Both the position numbers and the translations under genes were made by a program. The notes under the pieces were generated by a model. That model was not told the origin of the DNA. It saw only the letters and a list, made by a program, of their open reading frames with translations, and did not search any database. A stretch of 64,000 nt of DNA from a virus. Positions 52,801 through 62,291 of this stretch are shown here, one piece after another (positions within the stretch are counted from its first letter, which is position 1; every line of letters begins with the position of its first letter). The stretch covers positions 6,644-70,643 of the IMG/VR virus record IMGVR_UViG_3300047469_000395, one strand, 5' to 3'.

Positions 52801-55573
52801 CGTGAACGCCGTGCTGACGCAGGGCGAGGGCGATCCGTACTCGGCATTCGTACGCATGGCGGCCATGGCGGCCATCGTGACCGGCCTGGGCGTGGCGCTC
52901 ACCGGCGGTGGCGGTGGAGGCGGCGGGCAGTCGGCCGCCGATGTGCAGAAGGCGCAGGGTACCGGCTCGGTGTTCGGCGACAGCTCGGCGAAGTCCGATT
53001 CGATCCGCCGCTCGATCGAGCAGCTGACCGCCAATTCCAGCGACATGCTGCCGATCAATCAGGGCATGCTGACCGCGCTCCAAAACATCGAATCGTCGAT
53101 GACGGGACTGACGAACCTGGTGGTACGCACGACCGGCCTGACCGATGGCGCCAACATGGGTATCCAGACCGGCACGATCGCGACAGGCGGCCCAGTTGCG
53201 CTCGCCGGCAGCGCCCAGGTGGGCAGCATGATCGGTGGCGCGCTGGCCGGCCCGCTCGGTATCTGGATCGGCGGCGCCATCGGTGGTGCTGTATCCAAGC
53301 TGTGGGGCAAAACCACCCAGAACATCGTCGACTCCGGCTTGCAGTACGGCGGCAGCGTGCGTTCGCTGCAGCAGGGCCAGGGCTTCGACCAGTACGCCAG
53401 CATCGACACGACCAAGTCCAGCTTCTTTGGATTGTCGAAGAGCACGAGCAATCGCGTCGAGGTGCAGGGCCTGAACGATGAGCTGTCGAAGCAATTCGGC
53501 CTGATCTTCACGAACCTGGACAAGTCGCTGCAGGCCGCGGCGACCGCCATGGGCGGATCGGCCGCCGACGTAACCAAGGTGCTGGACGACCTGACGCTGG
53601 AAAGCACCAAGGTTTCCCTGAAAGGCCTCACCGGCACGGCGTTGACCGATGCGCTGAACTCCGTCATCTCGAAGTCGATGGATGAAATCGCGGAGGCGGC
53701 CTTCCCGCAACTGGACCAGTTCCGCCAGGTGGGTGAGGGCTACGCTGAGACGGTGATGCGCATCGCGGGCGACTACGCGAAGCTTGATTCGATCCTGGCC
53801 GCCAGCAGCACGACGTTCGGCGCTACGGGCATGGCCAGTATCGCGGCGCGCGAGCGCCTGATCGAGCTGGCCGGCGGCATCGACCAGTTGGCCAGCCAAA
53901 CGAATTCGTTCACGTCGAACTTCCTGTCGAAGGCCGAGCAGCTGGCGCCGGTGCAAAAATACGTCACCGACCAGCTGGCGGCCATGGGCCTGCAGAGCCT
54001 GGACACCCGTGATAAGTTCAAGGACTATGTCCTGGGCTTGGCCGACTCCGGCGCGCTGGCGACCGAAGCCGGCGCCAAGCAATATGCGGCGCTGCTCGCG
54101 CTGGCTGATGCGTTTGCCAAGACCCACGCTGCCACAGTCGACTTGACGAAAACTCAGCAGGAGATCGCCGACGAGTACACCGATCTGCAGAATAAGCTCG
54201 ATGACCTGACGATGACGCAGGAGCAGCGGGCCGAGAAAGCGCGGAACGCGATCGACGCGCACAACCGGGCGCTGTACGACCAGGTGCAAGCTGCTCAGGC
54301 GGCCAAGGATGCCCTGGACGTGCAGGCGCAGCTTTACGACGTCACCGGCAACAAGGCGGCGGCCGCCGCGCTCCTGGAGAAGCAGCACGCAGACGCTATC
54401 TCCGGCATGGCGCCCGTTTTGGCGGCTGCCACCATCGCGCTGTGGAACGCGCAGGCTGCTGCCGCTGCGACGAAGAACGTCCTCGGCGCGGTGAGCGATG
54501 CGTATGCGGCACTCCAGGCGGTTGTGAACAAGGAGAAGGACAAGCTCAACGAGGCTTACACCGCTGCCTCCGACGTGCTGCAACTCGGGATCGACGCGGC
54601 AACCGCCGCTGTGACAAAGCTCACCAGTCTCTCGCAGGAACTGCACTCGGCCCTGGATGCCATGGCGGTGCCGGGCCAGGAGAAGGCTGACCGTGCAGCA
54701 GCGCAGGCGCAGATCGAGGCGGCGCTGGCGATCGCGAAGGCTGGCGGCCCACTGCCAGAGGCCGACTCACTGAAGAATGCCCTGTCGACGGTGTCGAAAG
54801 ACGCCTCCGGTCAGTTCTCCTCGTACATCGACTACATGCGCGACCTGTACCGCACGAAAAATACTATCGGCGCGCTTTCCGGTCTGACCGATTCGCAACT
54901 TTCCGCCGAGCAGCTGACCCTCAAGACGCTGCAGGCGCAGAAGACTGCGCTTGACGCGGCCCACAAAGAGGACCTTGCCGCGCTCGATAAAACGCTCGAG
55001 GAGATGAAGAACCAGACTGACCTGCTGAATGGAATTTACACATCGCTGATGACGCTGCCGCAGGCGCTGGCCGCGCTGGGTTCTGCAGTGAAGGCCGCTC
55101 AAGCTGATCCGGGCGTGGGTGCAACCTCGGGCATTGCTGCTTCGTACCAGCTGCTGCTCGGCCGGGCGCCGGATGCCGCTGGTTTGGCGTTTTGGCAGTC
55201 CCAAGCGGCCAGCGGGGCGAGCATGGAGGCGATCTACAACTCCATCAAGTCGAGCAGCGAGTACAAGAGTTTGCACCCGTTCGCCGTTGGAACGAACTAC
55301 ATCCCCGGCGACATGCCAGCGCTGGTGCACGAGGGCGAGAGGATCATCCCCGCAGCCGACAATCGGGAGTTGATGTCCCGCCTGAGTAGCCCGACCAGCA
55401 GCAATGCCGACCTGGTCGCCGAGCTTCGCGCACTGCGCCAGCAGGTAGCGAACCTGGAGAATTCCGGTGCCCGCACGGCCAATGCCTGCGAGACCGGAAC
55501 CGGCTTGTGGAAGCGCGTCATCCGTAATGACCGCGTGTATGCATCGACGAAAGAGGAGGCAACGACAGCATGA
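49862..55573 (+). CDS. Tail tape measure protein
   Basis: ~1900 aa, Ala-rich; MPDIATLGL start, TGNYAG, FAVGTNYIP.DM.ALVHEGERIIP. Confidence 0.93.
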   Translation: MPDIATLGLEVNSSQIVDGKKAMDSMADAAVNVEQKVGGATKAVDSMGEASVKVWRYGTDAAKGVDALGDATERTGQRAQVTNGQMNDTAEIMRSQAAAAKAAEDANNKFLASLEREIAVFGMGRGELERYTAAELGLGSAAQTKAMALGMSIDALHREEAEMRALAAAQDKAVASGDAFIKKLQEQVATQNLSSKEMVAYRASQLGVADAAGPLIAQLKDTKGHMDGFSLSSVGARRELLVLAHELSQGNYSKFGGSMMVLGEQTGAAGLLFSATGAAALAFAGVLAAVGYALIKGASDQKHMNDALVMTGNYAGVTSDKLNDLAHAAVEVGGSLGEAKKVATELAGSGKFTGDQIGYITEATVAWEHATGMSVKTIIKDFESLAVQSTSTGTRATEAISRATLKLDDQYHFLTEAVYEQIRALEKEGDAKGASALATETFAKITHDRAEAILENLGSIARGWNAVKEAIGQAGDAIGAFGARATPASEVAKQSTRLRLFDEGIADSNKQLGRPADSMNADLAAARNRIVLQLTDAVSKLNEADAAAIAQGKAAAAQSAGAHAASMLAANDAKHLKETKLELALASNKEYEAAVRAANPDSPLITQQAIEERRLKTIKDNTDKTPKAKVDQVESTELADRLARIQDLVNADKEMYDTMSKMEDMFHAAGKMGDEEFYQLKRDHIIAAGQDQAYGYTQQIAELKAYHNATAAEAAKHAKQINDIDEKRKAADIKMQDELSLLDAKESLRKEAVLTASDDAQNKYLASLDQEAKKLEEANAAHETSKGAVERETIARLDLAIAYQKQFIADQANSGATAEEIAQAPAILKYLEDVRAARARIAAGLDQQQAIQYKDKAADQAIKDWQRAGQSIADSLTTAFGEGGKALGQMFQAYAKGVEGQLRAQKDLAAAKKLAEDNPDKIAAINRAQLAGAQSQIQGYAGMTAAAQGFFAEGSRGYQAMHAATVALQSAEVALSLIKGVNAVLTQGEGDPYSAFVRMAAMAAIVTGLGVALTGGGGGGGGQSAADVQKAQGTGSVFGDSSAKSDSIRRSIEQLTANSSDMLPINQGMLTALQNIESSMTGLTNLVVRTTGLTDGANMGIQTGTIATGGPVALAGSAQVGSMIGGALAGPLGIWIGGAIGGAVSKLWGKTTQNIVDSGLQYGGSVRSLQQGQGFDQYASIDTTKSSFFGLSKSTSNRVEVQGLNDELSKQFGLIFTNLDKSLQAAATAMGGSAADVTKVLDDLTLESTKVSLKGLTGTALTDALNSVISKSMDEIAEAAFPQLDQFRQVGEGYAETVMRIAGDYAKLDSILAASSTTFGATGMASIAARERLIELAGGIDQLASQTNSFTSNFLSKAEQLAPVQKYVTDQLAAMGLQSLDTRDKFKDYVLGLADSGALATEAGAKQYAALLALADAFAKTHAATVDLTKTQQEIADEYTDLQNKLDDLTMTQEQRAEKARNAIDAHNRALYDQVQAAQAAKDALDVQAQLYDVTGNKAAAAALLEKQHADAISGMAPVLAAATIALWNAQAAAAATKNVLGAVSDAYAALQAVVNKEKDKLNEAYTAASDVLQLGIDAATAAVTKLTSLSQELHSALDAMAVPGQEKADRAAAQAQIEAALAIAKAGGPLPEADSLKNALSTVSKDASGQFSSYIDYMRDLYRTKNTIGALSGLTDSQLSAEQLTLKTLQAQKTALDAAHKEDLAALDKTLEEMKNQTDLLNGIYTSLMTLPQALAALGSAVKAAQADPGVGATSGIAASYQLLLGRAPDAAGLAFWQSQAASGASMEAIYNSIKSSSEYKSLHPFAVGTNYIPGDMPALVHEGERIIPAADNRELMSRLSSPTSSNADLVAELRALRQQVANLENSGARTANACETGTGLWKRVIRNDRVYASTKEEATTA

Positions 55574-56625
55574 GAGTAATTCCTCCGATCGCCATCACCG
55601 AAAGCATGCTGGTGAACAGCTCAATCGTCGAGGTGCCGCCGGCGATGCATGCGCTTGGCACGACCTACGCGGCCGGTGCGACAGCCGGCACGGGAACAGT
55701 GGGCGGCGTGATCACGGTCTGGCGCTCGAAGCAGGCCGGTAACATCGGCCACGCACCCGCCAGCAGCCCCGACTGGTGGCTCAACATCGGTGATACCTAC
55801 GCGGTCTACGATCCGACCGCCACCTACGGACTGGGCGACACGGTGATTGATCCTGTCGCCCACCTCGTGTACGAGTCGCAAATGGCGGCCAACCATGACC
55901 AGCCGCTGGCGACCGGCACCGCGTGGCTGAAGCGGCGTTCCACAAACAAGTGGGCGTCTTTCGATCTGCTGCGCAACACCCAGGCGGTGGCTCCGGTGGA
56001 CATCGTGCAGTCGATATCGCCGGGTCAGCGCGTTTCGTCCATCGCGGTCATAGGCCTTGATGCCCGATGGGTGACGATTACTGTTTCAGTGGGCGGCGTG
56101 GTCAAGTACACCATCACCGTCCAGTTGAGCAAGCGCAAAAGCCGCACCTATCGGGAGTATTGCTTTGGCACATTCCCGATGCGAACCAGTGTTCAGTTTT
56201 TCAATCTTCCGCAATACCGTAACGCGACCATCACGGTGACGGCGGGCAAGACCACTGGCCAGCGTGGCGTCGGCGGGATTGTAGTGGGTAACGCAGTATA
56301 TCTCGGTGCTGCGCAGTACGAGGCCACATCGGACCACCTCAACTTCTCGACCATCAAGCGCGATGACTTCGGAAATCTTGAGCTCGACCCCGAGCGCTCC
56401 GTGCCCAAGGTCGATCTGACGATCTGGTTTGACAAAGAGCTTACCAGTCAGCTGCTGGAAGTTCGCGAGCAGCTTAACGGCCGGCCGGCGATCTGGTCCG
56501 GCCTCGATGACTTCACCCTCGATTATTTCGAGCCGCTCTTCATTTTCGGCCCACACAAGGAGTTCAGCTTGAACCTGAAAGAGTTCGAATTCGGCGTCGC
56601 CACCCTGCAAGTAGAGGAGATGTAA
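55570..56625 (+). CDS. Distal tail/tail tip protein
   Basis: After TMP; MRVIPP, TNKWASFD, FSTIKRDDFG. Confidence 0.7.
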   Translation: MRVIPPIAITESMLVNSSIVEVPPAMHALGTTYAAGATAGTGTVGGVITVWRSKQAGNIGHAPASSPDWWLNIGDTYAVYDPTATYGLGDTVIDPVAHLVYESQMAANHDQPLATGTAWLKRRSTNKWASFDLLRNTQAVAPVDIVQSISPGQRVSSIAVIGLDARWVTITVSVGGVVKYTITVQLSKRKSRTYREYCFGTFPMRTSVQFFNLPQYRNATITVTAGKTTGQRGVGGIVVGNAVYLGAAQYEATSDHLNFSTIKRDDFGNLELDPERSVPKVDLTIWFDKELTSQLLEVREQLNGRPAIWSGLDDFTLDYFEPLFIFGPHKEFSLNLKEFEFGVATLQVEEM

Positions 56626-56627
56626 AT

Positions 56628-58655
56628 ATGGCTATTCAAGCGCCAGTACCAGCAACACCGTTCGGCCCTGCACCCAATACGAACGACCCCGATAATTTCG
56701 ACGATCTGATGGACGCTCGACTGGAACAGGAGGGCGTGTTTGGCGACCAGATGAACGCGCTGGGGCAAAACGTCTTCAATAATGCAACGGAAGCGCAGGC
56801 TCGCGCGCTGCAGGCGCAGCAGGCGGCCGCCGATGCTGCCAGCGCCGCCAGCGCGGCCGCCGCATCGACCACGGCCGTCAAGTGGACCGCCGGCACATAT
56901 GGTGACGGCGTGGTGACCTGGTCGCCGACCAGTCGCTTCTCGTATCGCCACATTGGCAGCGGCGCCAGCGCCATCGATCCTGCGCTCGATCCGGGTAGCT
57001 GGGTGCTGCAGCTGTACGCGCTGGGCTTGGGCGGCATGTCGATCACCGGCAGCGTCGACCTGATCGTCACATCGGGCGGCGCCATCTTCGTCACGCCGGC
57101 GACGCCGGGCCTCTACATCACGCTGCCGGACGCGACCACGCTCACGCAGGGCGCCATCGCATTCCACGCCTTCAATGCTGGCGTGCACGATATGGGCGTG
57201 AGGAATAAGGCTGGCGTGGTGCTGGGCTGGATTCGTCCTGGTTCTTCCAGCGTGATCGGCCTGGCGTCCAACGCGACGGTGGCCGGCGTTTGGGTGGCGA
57301 GCAATCTGCAGAAGTTGGGCGTTACGGCGTCGTTGAACATTCCCTCCATGAGCGGCGGCTACGGCAACGGTATCAAGCGCATCACCGTGGATGCAAACCG
57401 CACTTTGTTTTTGTTTGGGCTTCTGTACGCGGTGGTTTATGACAGCAGCAATCAGCAATGGGGCGCGCCTGTACTTCTAAGCGCAAGTGGATCTATCGCA
57501 GGCACTTCAGGGATTCTGATTGCTCCCGATAAGGTACTGGTCGTTTCGATAGTTGGTGGCTCCCAGGTGGGCGGGAGTGTCCTGACCCTAAGCGGAACCT
57601 CGATTGCGTTGACGGCGACGCCGCCAGTCGCTACCAGCGGTGCTCATGGTCTGACAGACTTGATCGCCGTCGGTGCGGGCTTTGCGTTTGGCGTGTACAA
57701 CGGTAGCACCAATGTCACCTATGTTCGTGCCCTCACCGTGAGCGGCACGGCGGTGGTGTTTGGCAATGAGGCTACAGTCAGCAGCGGTGGCAGTAGCGGC
57801 GCCCTGCCTGTTCTGTTCACATCTGGTTCCGTGCTGCGTGTCGTGGCGCTCACCTATGGCAGCGGTGTGAACTATGTCACATGCACACCATACACGCTGT
57901 CTGGCGCCAATCTTGTGGTCGGGACGCCGGCAGTCAGCGGTGTCGCTGTTGCGAGCGTCAATTACAGCGGCCTGCGATGCTTCCAAAACGGGAATGGGAA
58001 TATCGTGGTCCTGTGTAACGCGGGCAATGTTTATGCAATCATTTTTAAGTTGACTGGTACTACCGAGGCTTATTCGGCTTCAGTGGTGGGTGCGGGCGGG
58101 CAGTTCGACTACGTCGTAATTTCCGGCACGAAGACAGCGGTGATCAGTACCGACGGCGCAAACGCTGTCTACTGGAATATCCACGTTGACACGGCCGGCA
58201 CTGGTTCGGCCGGGACCATGGATACATTTTATGTCAGCAATCCACAAATCGCGGCGCTGGGTGCGTCCGGGAACAACGCGCGGTTTGCCATCTACAGCGC
58301 TACCGAGGCCTTCCCAGCGACGCAATTGCAGGTCGACTGCTCGGCCGCTTCGCCGGTGCGAGCGAGCACTCAATCCCGATGGAACGTGAATACGCCGCGC
58401 TACGACACTAGCGGGAAAGCTTCTCGCCACTTCTCTTTGCTCTCTGCTGGGAGCAACCAATATGCGATTGGTGGCCAGCGCTCCTATGACGGCTGCTTCA
58501 ATGCGACCGGCATTCAGGCGCTCCCGACTCTCGGTGAGAACTGGGTTGCAGGCGTCAACGGGGCGGCAGCAAATGAGAGCTGGATACTAACAGGCGTCAG
58601 CACCAGCATCGCAACGATCGGCACCACCATCAAACGAATCGAGGCCGCAGCATGA
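56628..58655 (+). CDS. Tail fiber / receptor-binding protein
   Basis: DPDNFD N-terminus, Ala-rich linker, G/S/T/V-rich C-terminus with shifted codon usage. Confidence 0.75.
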   Translation: MAIQAPVPATPFGPAPNTNDPDNFDDLMDARLEQEGVFGDQMNALGQNVFNNATEAQARALQAQQAAADAASAASAAAASTTAVKWTAGTYGDGVVTWSPTSRFSYRHIGSGASAIDPALDPGSWVLQLYALGLGGMSITGSVDLIVTSGGAIFVTPATPGLYITLPDATTLTQGAIAFHAFNAGVHDMGVRNKAGVVLGWIRPGSSSVIGLASNATVAGVWVASNLQKLGVTASLNIPSMSGGYGNGIKRITVDANRTLFLFGLLYAVVYDSSNQQWGAPVLLSASGSIAGTSGILIAPDKVLVVSIVGGSQVGGSVLTLSGTSIALTATPPVATSGAHGLTDLIAVGAGFAFGVYNGSTNVTYVRALTVSGTAVVFGNEATVSSGGSSGALPVLFTSGSVLRVVALTYGSGVNYVTCTPYTLSGANLVVGTPAVSGVAVASVNYSGLRCFQNGNGNIVVLCNAGNVYAIIFKLTGTTEAYSASVVGAGGQFDYVVISGTKTAVISTDGANAVYWNIHVDTAGTGSAGTMDTFYVSNPQIAALGASGNNARFAIYSATEAFPATQLQVDCSAASPVRASTQSRWNVNTPRYDTSGKASRHFSLLSAGSNQYAIGGQRSYDGCFNATGIQALPTLGENWVAGVNGAAANESWILTGVSTSIATIGTTIKRIEAAA

Positions 58656-59068
58656 TGACACTCAAGACCCCGGCCGGCATCTTCGGCCCCTTCATCGCGG
58701 CGCACAAAGAGGGGGATGCCTGGATCTGTGACGGCGTGGTTTATTTCGAGTCCGTGGTTGGCGCCGCAACTCTGGTTCCTGGCGCTCCGGATGCGACTCC
58801 TCCGGCCGCCGCGCCGGCACCGCGCCAAGTCTCCATGCTGGCCGCGCGCACCGTACTCTACACGGCCGGCCTGCTGGAACTGGTCGAGGGCATCATCGCC
58901 AACATGCCGGGCGAGGCCGGCGACCTGGCGCGCATCAAATGGGCGACGGCGCTGACCGTGCGCCGTGACGATGACCTGGTCACGCAGGTGATTCCCGCGC
59001 TCGGCAAAACCGAGGCCGAGATCGATGCCATGTTCGTCGCGGCCGATCTGATCGACCGCCAGTCCTGA
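58652..59068 (+). CDS. Tail fiber-associated protein
   Basis: P.QVSM..AR..L...GLL, W..A..VRR, LG.T..EIDAMF..A. Confidence 0.7.
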   Translation: MMTLKTPAGIFGPFIAAHKEGDAWICDGVVYFESVVGAATLVPGAPDATPPAAAPAPRQVSMLAARTVLYTAGLLELVEGIIANMPGEAGDLARIKWATALTVRRDDDLVTQVIPALGKTEAEIDAMFVAADLIDRQS

Positions 59069-59094
59069 GCATTCAATTTTTCACGCGCCACCAC

Positions 59095-59118
59095 CACCCG
59101 CCCCGGCGGGTTTTTTAT
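59095..59118 (+). terminator. Terminator-like hairpin before the lysis cassette
   Basis: ACCCGCC-CC-GGCGGGT then T-run. Confidence 0.6.
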
Positions 59119-59138
59119 TGCTCAAAGAAAGGCCACAC

Positions 59139-59324
59139 ATGCCAGAGGAAGACCGAAAGCTTACCGATGCTGATATCGACGCCATTGTCGATCGGTTGGA
59201 GACGAAGGTCACAGAAAGGTTCTACGGCGATCTTGGCCGTGGCGTATGGGGCGTGGTCTGGAAGGCCATCGTCCTTGCAATCGTGGGCATCGCGGCCTAC
59301 GGCTCTATGAAAGGTATGAAATGA
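59139..59324 (+). CDS. Small membrane protein (holin/antiholin candidate)
   Basis: One C-terminal TM helix; first lysis gene. Confidence 0.6.
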   Translation: MPEEDRKLTDADIDAIVDRLETKVTERFYGDLGRGVWGVVWKAIVLAIVGIAAYGSMKGMK

Positions 59325-60274
59325 ATATTCTGAAAACGATCACCCGCCACCGCTCGGTGTTCCTGTTCGGCGGCGCGCTGCTGGCCGCTTGGGCCTCGCT
59401 GGAATCGGATCCTGATCACGGCTGGGCCACGGCGCTGGGCGGCCTGTCGATCTTGCAGGGCATCTGGGCGGTGGCCGCGTCGCACTGGGCCCGCAAGGCG
59501 CTGCTGGACTACCCGGAGGCGAACATGCGCAAGCTGTTTGAGCGCGCCAGCGAGGAGGCCACCGGCGCTGGCCTGGCGCTGATCGCCATGGCCATCATCC
59601 TGGCCGCGCTGATGCTCGTGTTTTCGCCGCGCGCGCACGCGGCCGACCTGCCTGCCGGCGCGGTGAAGTATCTGCCGGTGCTGAAGGCCGAGCAGCAGCG
59701 CCTGTGGCCGGAGCATCCGCGCCCGGCGCTGCTGGCCAGCCTGGTTGAGGAGGAATCGTGCATCACGCTGCGCGCGCGCGGCTGCTGGAACCCGGGTGCG
59801 CAGTTGAAGACGGCGCGCGAGGAGGGCGCCGGCGTCGGCCAGATCACGCGCGCCTATCGCGCCGACGGCAGCGTGCGTTTCGACGCACTGGCCGGCCTGC
59901 GCGACCAGTACAGCGCCGAGCTGGGCGGGCTTACGTGGTCGACCGTCTATCAGCGGCCTGACCTTCAATTCCGCGCGCTGGTGCTGATGTCGCGCGATTC
60001 GGCGCGCCAGTTCCGCGCGGCGCCGGCGGCCCTGGAGTTCGGCGACGCCGGCTACAACGGCGGCCCGGCCGGCGTGCAGCGCGAGCGTCGCGCATGCGCG
60101 CTCGTGAAGGGATGCGACCCTGGCCTGTGGTTCGGCAATGTGGAACTACACTGTTTGAAGTCGCGCGAGCCGCTGTACGGCACCCGGTCGGCGTGCGACA
60201 TCAACCGCGAGCACGTGCGCAACGTATTCCTGATCCGACCAGCGAAGTACATCACCGCCTGGGCGGCCCTATGA
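59321..60274 (+). CDS. Lytic transglycosylase endolysin with multi-TM N-terminus
   Basis: Three hydrophobic segments, AHA site, VEEES, EGAGVGQIT, AGYNGG, INREHV. Confidence 0.8.
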   Translation: MNILKTITRHRSVFLFGGALLAAWASLESDPDHGWATALGGLSILQGIWAVAASHWARKALLDYPEANMRKLFERASEEATGAGLALIAMAIILAALMLVFSPRAHAADLPAGAVKYLPVLKAEQQRLWPEHPRPALLASLVEEESCITLRARGCWNPGAQLKTAREEGAGVGQITRAYRADGSVRFDALAGLRDQYSAELGGLTWSTVYQRPDLQFRALVLMSRDSARQFRAAPAALEFGDAGYNGGPAGVQRERRACALVKGCDPGLWFGNVELHCLKSREPLYGTRSACDINREHVRNVFLIRPAKYITAWAAL

Positions 60275-60495
60275 GCTTCATCAAGGATCTGGTCACCTGC
60301 GCCGATGGTGAGTCCTACGACATCGGCCGCGTGTCGTGGGTGGTGGCGACTGGCGCCGTCCTGGCCGCCGCCGCGTGGAACGGCTGGCATGGCACCGTCA
60401 TCAGCCTGACGGAGCTCGCTGGCGCGCTGGGCGCTGTGGTGGTGGCTCACGGCGCTGCGCTGTGGGCGAAGGCCGCGACGGAGCCTAAGCCATGA
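60271..60495 (+). CDS. Small two-TM protein (holin candidate)
   Basis: DG.SYDIGR followed by two hydrophobic helices. Confidence 0.6.
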   Translation: MSFIKDLVTCADGESYDIGRVSWVVATGAVLAAAAWNGWHGTVISLTELAGALGAVVVAHGAALWAKAATEPKP

Positions 60496-60899
60496 GCGCA
60501 CTCGGCGACGTGGCGGCTGGCGCCGGCGGCGTTCTGGCGGGCCAGGCTTGGAAAATGGCCACCCTGGTGTTGCTGGCGGTTTTGCTGGTCGGTGGCGGCG
60601 CCGGCGGCGCGCTGTGGTGGGCGGCTGCTGCCGCGCGCGACAAGGCGCTGGTCGACCTGGAGGCGGAGAAGGGTGTCAGTGCCCAGCTGCGCGCCGGTGT
60701 GGTCGACCAGAACCGGACGATCCAGCATTGGTATGAGGCTTCGAAAGATGCCGCGGCGCGCGGCGCGGCCGCCCAGCAGCAGGCCTCTGCCGCTGGCCAG
60801 CGCTACGACCAGGCGCTGCAGCAGATCGCCGGCGCGCGGGCGACCAGCTGCGAGGACGCTATGCCCTACGTGAACCAGTTGCTGGAGAAGTTGCGATGA
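60492..60899 (+). CDS. i-spanin (Rz-like)
   Basis: N-terminal TM, coiled coil, C-terminal Cys. Confidence 0.75.
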   Translation: MSALGDVAAGAGGVLAGQAWKMATLVLLAVLLVGGGAGGALWWAAAAARDKALVDLEAEKGVSAQLRAGVVDQNRTIQHWYEASKDAAARGAAAQQQASAAGQRYDQALQQIAGARATSCEDAMPYVNQLLEKLR

Positions 60900-61171
60900 A
60901 CCTCAACTTGACCAAATTGGCAGGTTTAGCTGTCGCCTCGTTGCTGGCCGGCTGCTCCAGCACGCCGGCGCCGATTACCCAGCGTATCGACGTGCCGGTG
61001 CCGGTGCCCTGCGTGAAGGCCGCCGCTGTGCCCCTACGGCCGGAGTTCGAGGTGAAGAAACTCACCCTCAGTGCGTCGGAGGGCGAAAAGGTCTTGGCGT
61101 TCGCGAAGGACTGGCCCGTCGGCCGGAAGTACGAGGAGCAGCTGGAGGCGGTTATCGCGGGTTGCCTTTAG
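60896..61171 (+). CDS. o-spanin (Rz1-like) lipoprotein
   Basis: Lipobox LLAGC; Pro-rich VPVPVPC. Confidence 0.8.
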   Translation: MNLNLTKLAGLAVASLLAGCSSTPAPITQRIDVPVPVPCVKAAAVPLRPEFEVKKLTLSASEGEKVLAFAKDWPVGRKYEEQLEAVIAGCL

Positions 61172-61187
61172 TGAGCAGACCAGCGAG

Positions 61188-61502
61188 TTACGAACTGACG
61201 CCCGTTTCTATCATCGCCATCGCTTTCTCGTAGGTCAGGTCGTGACGCACCGCAGTGAAGCCATTGCTGCCACCATCAATCCCGTACCCCAGGTCGCGAA
61301 CGGTGTCATATGGAAGGCCAGAGGCCTTGGAGATTTCCATCCATAAATAGGAGCGGATGGGTTCGGTTTGCTTCAACAGGAGCTCGTTGATGACCTGCTC
61401 CATTTTTTGCGCCGCAGCGTTGGCCGCCCGTACTTTCTCCAACCTTTTCGCGTTGGAGCCGCGATAATTTTGTCGCGGCACATAGATCGGATGCTTTACC
61501 AA
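61188..61502 (-). CDS. Hypothetical protein (cargo)
   Basis: AAGGAG then TTG start; ~104 aa. Confidence 0.6.
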   Translation of the reverse strand: MVKHPIYVPRQNYRGSNAKRLEKVRAANAAAQKMEQVINELLLKQTEPIRSYLWMEISKASGLPYDTVRDLGYGIDGGSNGFTAVRHDLTYEKAMAMIETGVSS

Positions 61503-61573
61503 GTGGCTCTCCTTGTTGATATAGTGCAATTTTAAAGCATCAGGAGATCAGCTGCTGAGCCAGTTAGTACTCG

Positions 61574-61660
61574 CGGGGACACTTTCGGGGATAGTCGCGG
61601 GGATAGTGCTGCATTTCCGAGCGCTACAGCACTACGAAGTGATACCCTGAAATACCCTAA
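61574..61660. repeat. Direct repeats resembling integrase arm-type sites
   Basis: CGGGGACACT/CGGGGATAGT/CGGGGATAGT at 12-bp period; ATACCCT(G/A)AA x2. Confidence 0.5.
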
Positions 61661-61714
61661 ATCGACACCGCACGGGCCAGCCGCAACGCCGAAAGCGATG
61701 TCGGGAAATAGTCG

Positions 61715-62062
61715 TTAGAGTCGCACTTCACCTACGATGGAACGATCAAAGTAGGAAACTGGCGGTGGAGCGCCGGTATCCCCGCATCCAAGCATGACTT
61801 CGCCGCCGGCCGCTACTCCATACTGATTTGTTGTTGTGCTCTGCTGCGCACCGAATCGGGTTACTGTTTTTATTGTGACGTTATATGCAGCCGTCCTGTC
61901 GCCGTTGACTAAGTAATAAACCCTATTCGCATTCGTCCAACCACAGTGGCCGCGAGGTTCAATTCGGGTCGCAAAGCCTGCGTTGGTTGGTGTCTTCGAC
62001 ATGCAGCCGCTAAAAACAAGTGGCGCTGCAAGCGCAAGAAGGACGAAAATATTTTTAATCAT
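61715..62062 (-). CDS. Lipoprotein (cargo)
   Basis: GGAG RBS; MIKNIFVLLALAAPLVFSGC lipobox. Confidence 0.75.
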   Translation of the reverse strand: MIKNIFVLLALAAPLVFSGCMSKTPTNAGFATRIEPRGHCGWTNANRVYYLVNGDRTAAYNVTIKTVTRFGAQQSTTTNQYGVAAGGEVMLGCGDTGAPPPVSYFDRSIVGEVRL

Positions 62063-62291
62063 TGTTTTCTCCAATGAAAGGATGTTCATGGAGGATATCA
62101 TATAAAAAAGACAAAAAATATTGTGGCTAGAAGCATCCGATCCGGTGCCGTTCCTGAAGGCCGGCGACTTCGCGTCGAAATCAGCACAACAGTTCCACAG
62201 GCTGCCTTTCGAACCCGGCGATGGCGAAGTGTTTATCGAGCTGACTAGCTACTGTTTTGCCGTAAATATGTAGGGAAGCTGGAGGTGGTTA

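Noticed and set aside
50867-54646. 1259 aa minus-strand ORF, and similar long antisense ORFs over the exonuclease, methylases, portal, capsid and tail tube genes
   Set aside because: Antisense shadows of GC-rich genes with no motifs, RBS or coupling to neighbours, unlike the bridge ORFs.
62136-62250. GC-rich fragment that looks like a gene remnant (DPVPFLKAG...)
   Set aside because: Too short, no start, and no family recognisable.
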